Positions 36,992 through 47,341 of a stretch of DNA of 64,000 bases are shown one piece after another (the stretch's first letter is position 1; every line of letters starts with the position of its first letter). Source of the stretch: Candidatus Methylomirabilis sp. (lineage in GTDB: Bacteria > Methylomirabilota > Methylomirabilia > Methylomirabilales > Methylomirabilaceae); the NCBI GenBank assembly GCA_041498975.1, contig JBGQJI010000001.1:22036-86035 (forward strand), read 5' to 3'. The notes under the pieces were generated by a model. That model saw only the letters and a list, made by a program, of their open reading frames with translations, made no database searches and was not told the origin of the DNA. Made by a program: the position numbers and the translations under genes.

Positions 36992-39575
36992 GCGGCGCAG
37001 CCCTGCCTGGGGCGAGATGGCTGCCAGCGCGTGCCTCCTCGGCCTCGCCTGGGCCTTCCTGCTTCACTACTTCAGGCCCTCCCTCCTGTTGCTCGACACG
37101 ATGGTCTCGGGCGGCGACACACCCTCTTTCCTTCGCCCGGTCCATCACCTCCGCGACGTGCTCCTGCCCGCCGGAAACCCGCTTGGCTGGGACCTTGGCA
37201 ATCTGGGTGGCTACGCCCCCTACCAATTCTACTTCCTGCCGCCCTCCCTCGCGGTCCTCGCGCTCTCGAAGCTGATCCCGCTGAACGTGGCCTTCAAGCT
37301 CGTCACGGTGGCGGGGACGTTCCTCCTCCCCCTCACCACGATGGTCGCGCTTCGGGCGCTCGGATACGTGCCGCCTGTGCCGGCGCTCGGGGCCGTCGCG
37401 AGCCTCATCTTCCTCTTTAACGAGGGCAACTCGATGTGGGGCGGCAACATCCCCAGTACGCTCGCCGGCGAGTTCGCCCACAGCCTCGGGTTCGCCCTCG
37501 CGGTCCTGTTCATAGGACTGCTCTACCGCGGCATCGAGGAGCAGCGCGGTTGGCGCTCGCGGGCCGCTGTCCTTGCCCTTGCCGGTCTCTGCCATCCGGT
37601 CGCGTTTCTCAATGCGGTGACGACGGGCCTTTTTTTCCTGTTCGACCGGAGGCGTTTCGTCCGCAACCTTCGCTACCTCGTTGCCGTCTACGGCGGCGCG
37701 GTGCTCCTCATGGCGTTCTGGCTTCTGCCCCTCATCGCCAAGCTGGGCTACGCGACCTCGATCAACTGGAAGTGGATCTTCCAGTCCTGGCGCGAGATCC
37801 TGCCCCGCATTCTCTGGCCGGTGGTCGCGCTGGCCGCCCTCGACATGGTCTGGATGGCGGCGCGGCCCCGCCCCGCCGACCGCCCCGCGCGCTATCTCCT
37901 ATTCGGCGCGGCGGCGGCGGTGGTGAGCTTCTTCAACGGCACAGAGGTCGGGCTCCCCGAGATCCGGTTCGTGCCCTTCGCATATTTCCTCACGATCCTG
38001 CTCGCGCTGGACGTCATCGCCCGCGTCCTGCCGGAGACACGCATGCCCCTCCTGGTAGCGTTCCCGGTCGCACTCGCCATCCTCGTTTGGGTGCAGGCCT
38101 GCACAGCCTTCGTCCCGAACTGGATCCGATGGAACTATGAAGGGGCGGAGCGTAAGCCGTCGTACGCGCTTTTGCGCTCGATCGCCGACGCCGTCCGCGG
38201 CAGCATCAGCGACCCGCGCGTCGCCTATGAGAACTCGCCCTTGCACGATCGCTTCGGCAGTATGCGGATCTTTGAGAGCCTTCCGCTGCTCTCGGGACGG
38301 GCCACCCTCGAGGGCGTCCTCCTGCAGACATCCGTCATGTCCCCATTCATCTACTGGCTGCAATCCCAGATCTCGAAGCAGGGGACCGGGGTGATTCCCG
38401 GCTACAGCTACCCGTCGCTCGACCTGGCGCGCGCAACCGCTCGCCTGCAGTTGCTCAACGCGAGCGACATGATCGCCGTCACGCCGGAGGTCACAACAGC
38501 GCTCGACCACGATCCGCGGTGGGAACGCATCTTCTCGAGCCCCCCCTACGTCATCTTCCATCTGAAGGACGCCGACCGGCACTACGTGCGCGTGCCTCGC
38601 TACCGTCCCGTGCTTGTCGAGACCGGCCGCTGGAAGAAGGACTTCCACCGCTGGTTTGCGACCGACGCCGCGCTCGACGTGCCGATCGTGGCGGCCAGCC
38701 ATGTGCCGCCGGCCGAGCGCGCCAAGTTCCCGCTCCTGAGCCGCTCACCATCGGACCTGCCGCACGAGGCCCTCCCGACGAACTGCAAGATAGACGAGCG
38801 CGTCGATCATCTTGCGATCGAGTTCACGACCACCTGCCCCGGACTCCCCCACCTGGTCGCGGTCTCGTACTATCCCAACTGGCGTGTCGAAGGGGCGAGC
38901 CGCGTCTTCCTCGCAAGCCCGGCATTCATGCTTATCTTCCCCGACGGCCCCCACGTGCGCCTCACATTCCGCCGCATCGCGGTGGATTGGCTGGGGATCG
39001 CGCTGAGCCTGGTCGGCGTAGGGCTCTGCCTCGTCCCGGCCCGGTGGGCGCTTGCCGTCGGCGAGCCCTCGGGGGCGACAGCCCGCGCGCTCGAGGCCGC
39101 ACAGCCTTACCTCGTCAGGGGCATGGTGGCCGTGATCCTCGCGGCCACGGCCCTGCACGTAGCCCGCGATCTCGGCCCCTCGTACTACTACCAGCTTGGC
39201 TGGAAGGCCTTCGAGAAGGGGGACTACACGATATCGCGTCGGCACTTCGAGCGGGCCATCTTTTTAGGCGGCGAGTCGAATACCGCCGCCGATGCCACCT
39301 TCTTCCGGGCCGCGAGCTTGCTTCGCGCCGGCAACCCCGCCGCCGCGCTCGCAGTCTACCAGACCGTGATCGACCGCTTCCCCGACAGCACCTGGGTCGC
39401 CGAGAGCCACTACCACGTCGGACTCTGCCTGCGGCAGCTCGGACGGTTGAGCGAGGCCAAGGACCGGTTCCGTTACGTCATCACCACCTACCCAGGAAAC
39501 CGCTGGGCCTGCTTCGCCGACGAGCAGCTCCGACAACTGAACGGGGAGCCACCGCCGCAGGTGCCGTGTGTCTAA
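36984..39575 (+). CDS. GT-C-like membrane protein (PTPS-related) with C-terminal TPR domain
   Basis: Paralog of 33787-35970; C-terminal CpoB/BamD-like TPRs (YQTVIDRFPDS, FRYVITTYPGN). Confidence 0.8.
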   Translation: MTERRSPAWGEMAASACLLGLAWAFLLHYFRPSLLLLDTMVSGGDTPSFLRPVHHLRDVLLPAGNPLGWDLGNLGGYAPYQFYFLPPSLAVLALSKLIPLNVAFKLVTVAGTFLLPLTTMVALRALGYVPPVPALGAVASLIFLFNEGNSMWGGNIPSTLAGEFAHSLGFALAVLFIGLLYRGIEEQRGWRSRAAVLALAGLCHPVAFLNAVTTGLFFLFDRRRFVRNLRYLVAVYGGAVLLMAFWLLPLIAKLGYATSINWKWIFQSWREILPRILWPVVALAALDMVWMAARPRPADRPARYLLFGAAAAVVSFFNGTEVGLPEIRFVPFAYFLTILLALDVIARVLPETRMPLLVAFPVALAILVWVQACTAFVPNWIRWNYEGAERKPSYALLRSIADAVRGSISDPRVAYENSPLHDRFGSMRIFESLPLLSGRATLEGVLLQTSVMSPFIYWLQSQISKQGTGVIPGYSYPSLDLARATARLQLLNASDMIAVTPEVTTALDHDPRWERIFSSPPYVIFHLKDADRHYVRVPRYRPVLVETGRWKKDFHRWFATDAALDVPIVAASHVPPAERAKFPLLSRSPSDLPHEALPTNCKIDERVDHLAIEFTTTCPGLPHLVAVSYYPNWRVEGASRVFLASPAFMLIFPDGPHVRLTFRRIAVDWLGIALSLVGVGLCLVPARWALAVGEPSGATARALEAAQPYLVRGMVAVILAATALHVARDLGPSYYYQLGWKAFEKGDYTISRRHFERAIFLGGESNTAADATFFRAASLLRAGNPAAALAVYQTVIDRFPDSTWVAESHYHVGLCLRQLGRLSEAKDRFRYVITTYPGNRWACFADEQLRQLNGEPPPQVPCV

Positions 39576-40470
39576 AGTCGTTGTCACCGGCGCCGGCGGC
39601 TTCATCGGCACGGCCCTCGTCCCACGGCTCCTCGCGACCGGCCACCTTCCGCGCCTCTTCGTGCGTTGGCCGCCCGCGGCGCCTCTCGCCGCGCCGGCCG
39701 AGGTCATGCAAGGCGATCTGACATCCGCTGCGAGTCTCCGCGCCGCGGTCGAAGGGGCGGACGCGGTCGTACACCTCGGCGCGGCAACCTCGGCGGGGCG
39801 CCTGGATCCCACCCTTGCCTACCGCGTGAACGTCGGCGGCGCAACCGCCCTCATCGAGGCCTGCCGCGCCGCCGGTTGCCGGCGCGTCGTTGTCCTCAGC
39901 ACGCAGCACGTCTACCTGAAACGGTGTGGCGCCTATGGACGTACGAAGCGAATCGCGGACGCTCTGTTTTCCAGCTCGGGGCTTGAGGTGACGATCCTCC
40001 GGCCAAGCCTCGTGTACGGCCCCGGCTCGCGTGGGGTGTTCGTGAAGCTTACGGGCCTCCTCCGCCGGCTTCCCGTGATTCCCGTCATCGGCCCCGGGAC
40101 ATGGCACTTGCGGCCCGTCTATCTTGGCGACCTGGTCGAGCTGATCGTCCAGACGCTCGCGCGCCCCGAGGTGAGCGGGCGGACCTACGACGTGGGTGGC
40201 CCGGAGCGCATCACCTATACCGGCTTTCTCGGCGCGATCTGCGCGGCGCTCGGCCGGCCCTGCCGGCGCGTGCACATCCCGCTGGTCGTTGGCTTCGCGC
40301 TGGCCTGGCTCCTCGAGCGCCTGCTCGCGAACCCCCCGCTGACGGTCGATAACGTGTACGGCTCGCTGCTCGACGTCCCCTGCGACCTAAGGGCGCTGAT
40401 GCGCGACTTCCACCCAACGTTGACGCCGCTCGCCGTCGGGCTTCGCCGCACATTCGCCGAGGCAACATGA
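39568..40470 (+). CDS. NAD-dependent epimerase/dehydratase (atypical SDR)
   Basis: TGAGGFIG, YGRTK, RPSLVYG. Confidence 0.88.
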   Translation: MSKVVVTGAGGFIGTALVPRLLATGHLPRLFVRWPPAAPLAAPAEVMQGDLTSAASLRAAVEGADAVVHLGAATSAGRLDPTLAYRVNVGGATALIEACRAAGCRRVVVLSTQHVYLKRCGAYGRTKRIADALFSSSGLEVTILRPSLVYGPGSRGVFVKLTGLLRRLPVIPVIGPGTWHLRPVYLGDLVELIVQTLARPEVSGRTYDVGGPERITYTGFLGAICAALGRPCRRVHIPLVVGFALAWLLERLLANPPLTVDNVYGSLLDVPCDLRALMRDFHPTLTPLAVGLRRTFAEAT

Positions 40471-41516
40471 GTGATAGCAGACCCCTCCGAGCCGCCGTGA
40501 TCGGCGCGGGCCGCATGGGGATGATCCACGGACACCTGCTCTCGATCTACCCCGAGACCGAGGTCGTCGGCTTCGTGGATCTCAACACCCGCCTCAGCGA
40601 CCACCTGGCAAGCCAGGGCCTGCGTGCCCCGCTGTATCCCACTGTCGAGGCGCTGTTCAGCGCCGCCACCCCGGCGGCCGTCTTCGTCTGCACGCCGACG
40701 CACACCCACCTCCCCGTGATCCGCGAATGCCTCGCGCGCCGGGTCCACCTCTTCGTCGAGAAGCCCCTCGCCACCACACGGACGGACGCCGAAGCGATCC
40801 TCCGCCTTGCCACGGAGGCTCAGGTGGTGCATGCTGCGGGCTATGTCTATGCTCACCTGCCGATCGTGCAGGCGGCGCACGACCTTCTGAAGCGAGGCGC
40901 CCTGGGCGATCTCTTACGCTTCACGGCGCACGCCTACGTGAGCGAGGTGTTCGGGCCCAAGCGGGGCTGGTTCTTCCAGCGGGAACAGGCGGGAGGCGGG
41001 GTGGTGGCGAACATGGCCTCGCATCTCCTCTTCATCCTCGGGTGGTTCTTTGGCCCGATCCGCCGGGCAATAGCTTCCACGCGCTCTCACGCAAGCACGA
41101 TCGACGACTCCGCACAGGCGCTGCTCACCTTTGCAAGCGGCGTGACCGGGCTCCTCGACACCTCCTGGAGCATGCCAGGCGCGCAGATGCTCGACTACGG
41201 GCTCACCATCGAGGGGCGTCAAGGCACGCTTGTGCTCTGCCGCGACCGGATCCTGCTGCACCTGCTCTCTCCCGCTGGGGGGTACGACGCGGGGTGGAGT
41301 CAGATCCACGCGAGCGACCTGCCCGCCGATACCGCCTTTGATGTGAGCCCCCACATCGGCGGCGAGGCCTTCTACCGTCAGCTCCACTCCTTCGTCGAGG
41401 CGTGTCGAACCGGCACGCTGCCCTTTTGCTCCTTGGAGGAGGCCTGCAACACGCAGCGGATGATCGACGCGATCTACACCTCGGCTGCCTCTGGCGCGCC
41501 GGTAGAGGTAGCGTGA
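40467..41516 (+). CDS. Gfo/Idh/MocA oxidoreductase
   Basis: GAGRMG, CTPTHTH, EKPLA, GGGV. Confidence 0.9.
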   Translation: MSDSRPLRAAVIGAGRMGMIHGHLLSIYPETEVVGFVDLNTRLSDHLASQGLRAPLYPTVEALFSAATPAAVFVCTPTHTHLPVIRECLARRVHLFVEKPLATTRTDAEAILRLATEAQVVHAAGYVYAHLPIVQAAHDLLKRGALGDLLRFTAHAYVSEVFGPKRGWFFQREQAGGGVVANMASHLLFILGWFFGPIRRAIASTRSHASTIDDSAQALLTFASGVTGLLDTSWSMPGAQMLDYGLTIEGRQGTLVLCRDRILLHLLSPAGGYDAGWSQIHASDLPADTAFDVSPHIGGEAFYRQLHSFVEACRTGTLPFCSLEEACNTQRMIDAIYTSAASGAPVEVA

Positions 41517-42370
41517 GCGGCCTGGTCCTCGAGCTCCGTCCCCCGGAGAGCCAGCACTACGTATCATGGAGGGAGCGCCTGGAAACGGTGGCTCGCTACA
41601 GCGACCCCGACGAGGTCCACGCACTCTGCGAGAAGGCTTACTCACTGGGAGCGCGCGCCGTCCTTACGGTCTTCGACCACACGATCCGCGAGGCCCTCGC
41701 AGCCTACCAGCGATGGCGCGACATCGAGGTGTGGGCGGTCGTGCCGAACATGTTCGCGTTCATCCGCGATCTCACCGACCGCGGCCTGGTGGGGGCCGCG
41801 CGCGCGCGCTTCATGCGCCTCACACCCTCCCAAATGATGCGCACTGGGTTCCGCGCTATGCTCGACCTGGGGGGCATCCGGCGACAGGATCTCGCCGTCG
41901 GCACGATGCTGGTGTGTGAGATGGAGTTCGCCGCCCTTCGGGGCCTCCGCGTGACGCGGCTCTTCCTCCATCCGCAGGTGACCGAGATCGCGCTTGCCGG
42001 CGGCGCAGCGGATGTCTTCATGGCGGTCGCGGCCATGGCAGAGCGCCTCGGCATCGGCGCAGGGTTAGTCACCCACAACCCGCTCCGCGCCGTGGAGGTG
42101 CTCGGTTCGGACCTTCGCCGCTTTGCCAGGGTCGTGACGCCGTGCAATTCAAAGGGCTACAAGATGTTCCCGAATCGGGATCTGTGCGAGACTCTCTTCC
42201 GCTCCGACCCTGCGCGCTTCATCGCAGCGGAGGTCACCGCGGGCGGCACCCTGGAACCAGAGGCCGCGCTGGCGCATACGCGGGCGCTGGGGCTCGCCGG
42301 CGCCATGCTGGACTTTCGAACAGCGGAGGCAGCCTTTCGTGGCCGGACTATCCCGCGCCTCTGGCCATGA
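41513..42370 (+). CDS. Hypothetical soluble protein
   Basis: GTG start overlaps the upstream TGA and its stop overlaps the next ATG (translational coupling). Confidence 0.7.
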   Translation: MSGLVLELRPPESQHYVSWRERLETVARYSDPDEVHALCEKAYSLGARAVLTVFDHTIREALAAYQRWRDIEVWAVVPNMFAFIRDLTDRGLVGAARARFMRLTPSQMMRTGFRAMLDLGGIRRQDLAVGTMLVCEMEFAALRGLRVTRLFLHPQVTEIALAGGAADVFMAVAAMAERLGIGAGLVTHNPLRAVEVLGSDLRRFARVVTPCNSKGYKMFPNRDLCETLFRSDPARFIAAEVTAGGTLEPEAALAHTRALGLAGAMLDFRTAEAAFRGRTIPRLWP

Positions 42371-43650
42371 CGAGATTCTTGAGGCCCCGCGTGAAATTGG
42401 GAATCCAGGCCTGTCTGGTCCTCGCAGTCGCAGTCATGTTCTTGTTCTCCCCCCAACTGCCCGACCAGCTCCAGGGTCAGTACTGCATGGCTAACGTTCG
42501 CGTGTTCGGCCGTGCGGGATTCCCTCTCAACTGCGACTCGTACCGTTACATGGATTTTGCGCAACATCCACGGCTGCTGCTCGCCCGCGAGAGCTGGCTG
42601 CAGTCCAGGCCGCTTCACGTGCTGTGCGGATCGCTGCTGGGGTATGCTTTGACGAGCGTGCTCCCGCTCGCCAACTTCAAACCGCACCCGTTCTACCCGG
42701 CTCTCGTGCTCCTGAACTTCGCTGCCCTCCTGACGGCGCTCGTCCTTTTCGATCGTCTCTTCCTCCCCGGAGACCGCCTGTCCGCTCCGGTCCTCATCGT
42801 GAGCCTTCTCTTAGTCGCGAACCACATCGTGAAAGCCTTCGTCTGGTCTCCTCACACCCAGATGTTCAACATCCTGTCGCCGGTCGCATGCATGTATGTC
42901 TGCAAGTGGATCTGGACAGCAGGCACGTTAGACCGGGGGCGTCTCGCAGCTTACGCCCTCGTCACCGGGCTGCTACCGCTGTTCTACGGAGGGTTCCTCC
43001 CACTGCTTCCGGCGATGCTTTTAGCGTTCGTCATACGCTGGTTTCGCGAAGGGAAGAACACGTCTCTTCCCACGCTGGCCGTCGATGCTTCGCTCATGAG
43101 CCTTTGCTTCGCCGGTCCGACGCTTTGGTGGATGGCATTCGTCCGAGTGAAAACTGGCACCGACCTATACATCCCCGAGGTCACCCGGTATCACCAGTTC
43201 GGCTTGATCACCGATTCCCTCCCTATGGGCTGGGAGGCGTTCTGGAAAAGTGCAAAGGGGGCCGCTCCTCACCTCTTGCGGGTGTGCTGGAAAGCGGCAT
43301 CGCTTCCACTGGGGCTTCTGCTTCTGGGGGCTGCCCTCGTCGTGGCTGTCCGAGCGCCGCTCAAGGATATCCTGCGCGAGCAGCGACTGAATCTGCTTTC
43401 GGCCATGATTACACTCTGTGTCTTTTTCCCGTTTCTGGCCCTTTCGGGCCTTTACGAGGAGCGGTTCGCGTGGAATCTCGTTCCGCCGTTGCTGGCCATT
43501 CTGGCTGCCCTGACCGTCGGGGCCCACAACCATCTCGACGCTAGACGAGGCGCCGCCGTGACCCTCGTCCTCGGATTTCTCGCCTCCGGCTTGTTCATCC
43601 ACGAACTCCTCAAGCCATTTGCTGAAATCTTGCCTCGAGTCGGCGGCTAG
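42367..43650 (+). CDS. Multi-TM membrane protein, probable GT-C fold
   Basis: About 10 TM helices; Asp in first loop (NCDS); glycosylation-cluster context. Confidence 0.65.
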   Translation: MTRFLRPRVKLGIQACLVLAVAVMFLFSPQLPDQLQGQYCMANVRVFGRAGFPLNCDSYRYMDFAQHPRLLLARESWLQSRPLHVLCGSLLGYALTSVLPLANFKPHPFYPALVLLNFAALLTALVLFDRLFLPGDRLSAPVLIVSLLLVANHIVKAFVWSPHTQMFNILSPVACMYVCKWIWTAGTLDRGRLAAYALVTGLLPLFYGGFLPLLPAMLLAFVIRWFREGKNTSLPTLAVDASLMSLCFAGPTLWWMAFVRVKTGTDLYIPEVTRYHQFGLITDSLPMGWEAFWKSAKGAAPHLLRVCWKAASLPLGLLLLGAALVVAVRAPLKDILREQRLNLLSAMITLCVFFPFLALSGLYEERFAWNLVPPLLAILAALTVGAHNHLDARRGAAVTLVLGFLASGLFIHELLKPFAEILPRVGG

Positions 43651-44129
43651 CTTCCGCATGCCCGGGCAATGTTTCCCCCAACCCCTCGCCCGATCAACGC
43701 CCGCGCTTGTGCTTTGACACTGGCCTGAGGGATGTCAATACTGGGGACACTCCTGGGACACAGCAGGCGTCGTCGGATGGTTGGGCCTCCCGCCCAAAAA
43801 CAAATCCTGATCATTCGGTCGTCCCCTTCGTGACGACGATCGCGAACGGGTCTTCCAGCCCGAGGGCCGGGGCGCCGGACGAAGTCTCCACTCTCCATAC
43901 GCCGGTGCCAGTCGCCACCGCTCCAAACCTCGCCGCGGTCAGGGACGCGACCGGGTGTAACGGTGAAGAGGTCAGTAAGAGGGGGATGACGTTCCCTCGT
44001 CTGTCTTGCTTGCGTCGTCGAACGCTTGGGGGGCTCGCGGATCGATGTGGGCTAACCTTCGTCCCTCGATCCGCTCGCCTTTCTCCCAATGCCGCGTCTC
44101 GCTGAGGTGGGCACATCCCGGAGACGGCC

Positions 44130-45866
44130 ATGACAAAAGGTGCGGCGGAAAAGAGTCGGGCGACCGCCGCCCCGGCGGCTTTGTCCATCTCAGTGGAGCC
44201 GAGGCTCCTCGACCGCAAGGAAACTCGGTGGCTGCTACTCCTCGGATTGCTGTTCGTGGCGGGCTCCCTCCTCGTGCGGGTGATTCATCGGGGGCAATAC
44301 ATCGCAGGATGGGACTTGGTTGCGCCCACGCAAGGGCATTTCTTGGCATCTACGCGCTCCGTCTGGGGGGCGCTCACTGAGACATTCCACCAGAACCGGC
44401 ACTACTGGCTCCCGTTCTCGGCATATAGCGCGCCCTTCTCGTTGATCCCCGGGTATCTCGGGCGCGTGTGGCCCTGGCAGTATTGGGTCCACATCCTCAC
44501 CTTCCTGTCCTTCTTCATTACCCTGATGGTGATCCTCCGGGCCGCCGACCTTCCGCTGTCGAACGGCGGCATTCTCCTGCTGGCCTGGGGCGCCTCCCCG
44601 ATGTTGCTCTCCTATGCCGTGACCGGCTACCCATGGGCCAGCGCGTTTCTTCCGCATGCGCTGGCGCTCTGGATCACGATGAGTCGCCGGTTCCGCTCAC
44701 GGTGGGTCTTGACCCTTCTCTGGTGTCTGGTCGCGAATGAGCTCGCCTGGCACGTCTATGAACTGGGCAAGACCGTGGGCGTCGTGTTTCTCGCTGCCGC
44801 CCTCCTGCAGCGGGACGTCCCGCGCTCCGCGCGAGCGGTGTGGCTGCTGGCCGGGATGGCCCAGCTCGCGGACGTCCTGTTCCTCCATCCCACCGCCAAC
44901 ATCAAGGCGTTCGCGTTCCAGGCGGGCGGCGGTTGGGAGCCCATGCGGCCGAGCCTCACCGGCGTCGCCCGCGGCCTGCAGGCAATGGCCGAGGGCCTCT
45001 TCGTCCGGGATGGCAAGCGGATGGACCCCGTTGACCTGCCGATCCTCTTCAGCGTGGGCATCCTCAGTTTCTTCTTCTTCAAGCGGGACCGGTGGTTCTT
45101 GCTCGTCTTGTTCCTCATCCAGCTCGGGCTGGTGGTGGTGCTCGCCATGTATGGACCCGGTCTGCTGCGGCCCCGCCGCTTCATCATGGTGGCCGGCTAC
45201 TGCCTCGTCTGCATCGCGTGCATGTACCGGGAGGCTACTCCGCTGCCGAGGTGGGCCCTCGTGGGGCTGCTGCTTCTCGGGAGCCTCTGGCAGGGGGCCG
45301 ATTTGCTCCGCTTCGTCCGTGTCCCATTTCCCCGCATGAGCTATGGCTTCACGATGCCGTACGTGAATAGTCGGGAGGGCGTGGGACTGGTGGATTTCGC
45401 TGCCGTCGACTGGTCCCACGAACTTCGCACCCGTGTGGAAGGGGGCAAGCAACTCCTCCTCCTCTATAACTTCGACTGCTACGCGGAGAACTTCACAAAC
45501 CCGACGGGGGTCCTGGAGCGCCTGTACCTCTCGCTTGGCCACGAGCAATTCGTGCGTTCCGTGCTTATCTTCGGCAAGCAACCCTGTCGTTACTGTTGCC
45601 TGCCGATCCGCCCCCTCAGTGAGTTCGGACCTTTCCTGGACGGCGTGCGTCCAGATGGCCCGACACCTCCGTCGACCTTGACAGGCTACTACGATCAGCA
45701 GTGCAGGGTGATGGGGAGCGACGCCAGGGAACCGGATACGATGTTTGCAGCTATCCGGCAGCGGTTCCGAATCGGGCCGGAGTCCCTTTTCATCGATCGG
45801 TTCTTTCGCTTCAAGATCGAGGGGCTCATGACCGACGAGCATGCACCAGTTGGCTGGCAACCCTGA
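44130..45866 (+). CDS. Multi-TM membrane protein with C-terminal soluble domain, probable GT-C fold
   Basis: First TM then GWD; RPRRF near last helices; Cys-containing C-terminal domain. Confidence 0.65.
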   Translation: MTKGAAEKSRATAAPAALSISVEPRLLDRKETRWLLLLGLLFVAGSLLVRVIHRGQYIAGWDLVAPTQGHFLASTRSVWGALTETFHQNRHYWLPFSAYSAPFSLIPGYLGRVWPWQYWVHILTFLSFFITLMVILRAADLPLSNGGILLLAWGASPMLLSYAVTGYPWASAFLPHALALWITMSRRFRSRWVLTLLWCLVANELAWHVYELGKTVGVVFLAAALLQRDVPRSARAVWLLAGMAQLADVLFLHPTANIKAFAFQAGGGWEPMRPSLTGVARGLQAMAEGLFVRDGKRMDPVDLPILFSVGILSFFFFKRDRWFLLVLFLIQLGLVVVLAMYGPGLLRPRRFIMVAGYCLVCIACMYREATPLPRWALVGLLLLGSLWQGADLLRFVRVPFPRMSYGFTMPYVNSREGVGLVDFAAVDWSHELRTRVEGGKQLLLLYNFDCYAENFTNPTGVLERLYLSLGHEQFVRSVLIFGKQPCRYCCLPIRPLSEFGPFLDGVRPDGPTPPSTLTGYYDQQCRVMGSDAREPDTMFAAIRQRFRIGPESLFIDRFFRFKIEGLMTDEHAPVGWQP

Positions 45867-46598
45867 ATCTGCGAGAGCCACTGCCCCCAGCGATGCCGCT
45901 CCTCCCCGAGTCCTAAGAGCTTGCTTAGCTCGTCTCATGGGAAGTGACATGCGCGCGGAGATGATGTTCCGGCAGACGCGACTCGCCTGGTCCGGATACC
46001 TGGGGATCATGCCACGAGCGGCAGTTGTCGCTCGACCTGTATGGTTGGTCCTGAGACCCAACGTGACCGGGCGCGGGACATCCTGGCGATGTTGAGAGAC
46101 ACACTCTGGGAAAGGCTTCCATGGGGAGGGTGTGACCCATCCCCCCTGGCTTCCACGGTACACGGGCCAGGCCTGGACTCCCCCACGCCGATAATCTTCA
46201 CCTGCTCGCGCCCTTACGGTTCACTCCAGCCCCACATCGTGCACCTAAGAGCTAAGACGTTAGAACGCTGGATCTGAGCGAGCTGGGCTTCTACGCTCTC
46301 TTCGTCCGGCACCTGTTTAGGATCTGGAGATCCACATTATTTACCTTGCCTAGCCAAGCAATAGTGAATATTCTCTTCGGGCGACGGCCGTTTTCTCTGC
46401 AACGCTGTGCACACTCACTACCGACTCCTCCAACAAGACAAAGGCGAATTGTAAGTTCTCAACGATCGAGAACTCTCTATCTGGTCCCCCTTTATGCAGA
46501 TCATCGAGCCTCTACTTGATCTTCAACTCCTATTCTGGTTCGGCTGGATTCTCAGTACTACCCTATTCTTGCTATTCATTAGCAAGTGCCTTTTGGAC

Positions 46599-46940
46599 GT
46601 GTCTCTGAAGAAAAAGAGTCTTGCCAGCATGGGTCCTGTTGCCGAACTCCCCGAAGGGTTTAGTGCCCAGCAAGTGGTGGAATTGGTGATACGCTTGCTC
46701 CGGGGTGAGCCAATTGAGGCGGTGTCCCGCGAGAGTCGGATTCCCGCCCTCGAGCTCGAACGTTGGCAGCGAATCTTCGTAGAGCAAGGCGCACGCGGGC
46801 TCCTTGCGCACGGAGAGGCGGAGGACCGCGAACTGCTCTTGGCGCGGGCCAAGATCGGCGAACTGCTAATGCGTTTGGAGCTAGCCGAGGAGCTCATCAA
46901 CAAAAGCGGGCTTACGGACGAGTGGAAGAGGGGTACATGA
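46599..46940 (+). mobile_element. Orphan IS3-family OrfA-like HTH (transposase remnant)
   Basis: ELVIRLLRGEPIEAVSRE...LERWQRIF...AKIGELLMRLELAEEL; no OrfB/DDE downstream. Confidence 0.65.
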
Positions 46941-47341
46941 TGATGGTCGAGACAAGTCGAGGGGACAGAAGGCGCCAAAGGAGACCCGCCAGGAGGTCCG
47001 AGGCGCATTTTGAGGGAATTGGAAGGAAATTATTCAAGGGTGCAGCACCAGTGGGATGGGGACTCCGATGCATGATCGACGCCCTGAGATCAGATGACCC
47101 GATTCCTTAGAATTGTGTTCTACCACGGCTATCGGCGAGCCGACATGCGATGGGCGTGACGTGACCTCTGTGCGGACCTCAAAGGCGCAATTGCTGTGTT
47201 GTATCGACTTGTGATGCTGGAAGAGGGGATGTGCCCTCATCGGAGCCTTCATGGAGCGCTGGATTACGAAGAGGTGGTTGCCCATATCGGACATAGCCCA
47301 CCCGGGAGGATTCGTAAGATCGTTCGATCGCGGATGGCGGC

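Noticed and set aside
43700..44105. Short ORFs in the gap between two membrane genes
   Set aside because: No recognisable motifs or SD; likely non-coding or decayed.
44697..46163. 488-aa minus-strand ORF and other long overlapping ORFs (e.g. 8148-9152, 12217-13284, 17895-18911, 38519-39721)
   Set aside because: High-GC shadow or alternate-frame ORFs over genes with recognisable motifs.
46007..46201. MKIIGV ORF resembling an IS110 transposase start
   Set aside because: Catalytic Asp absent and no further similarity.
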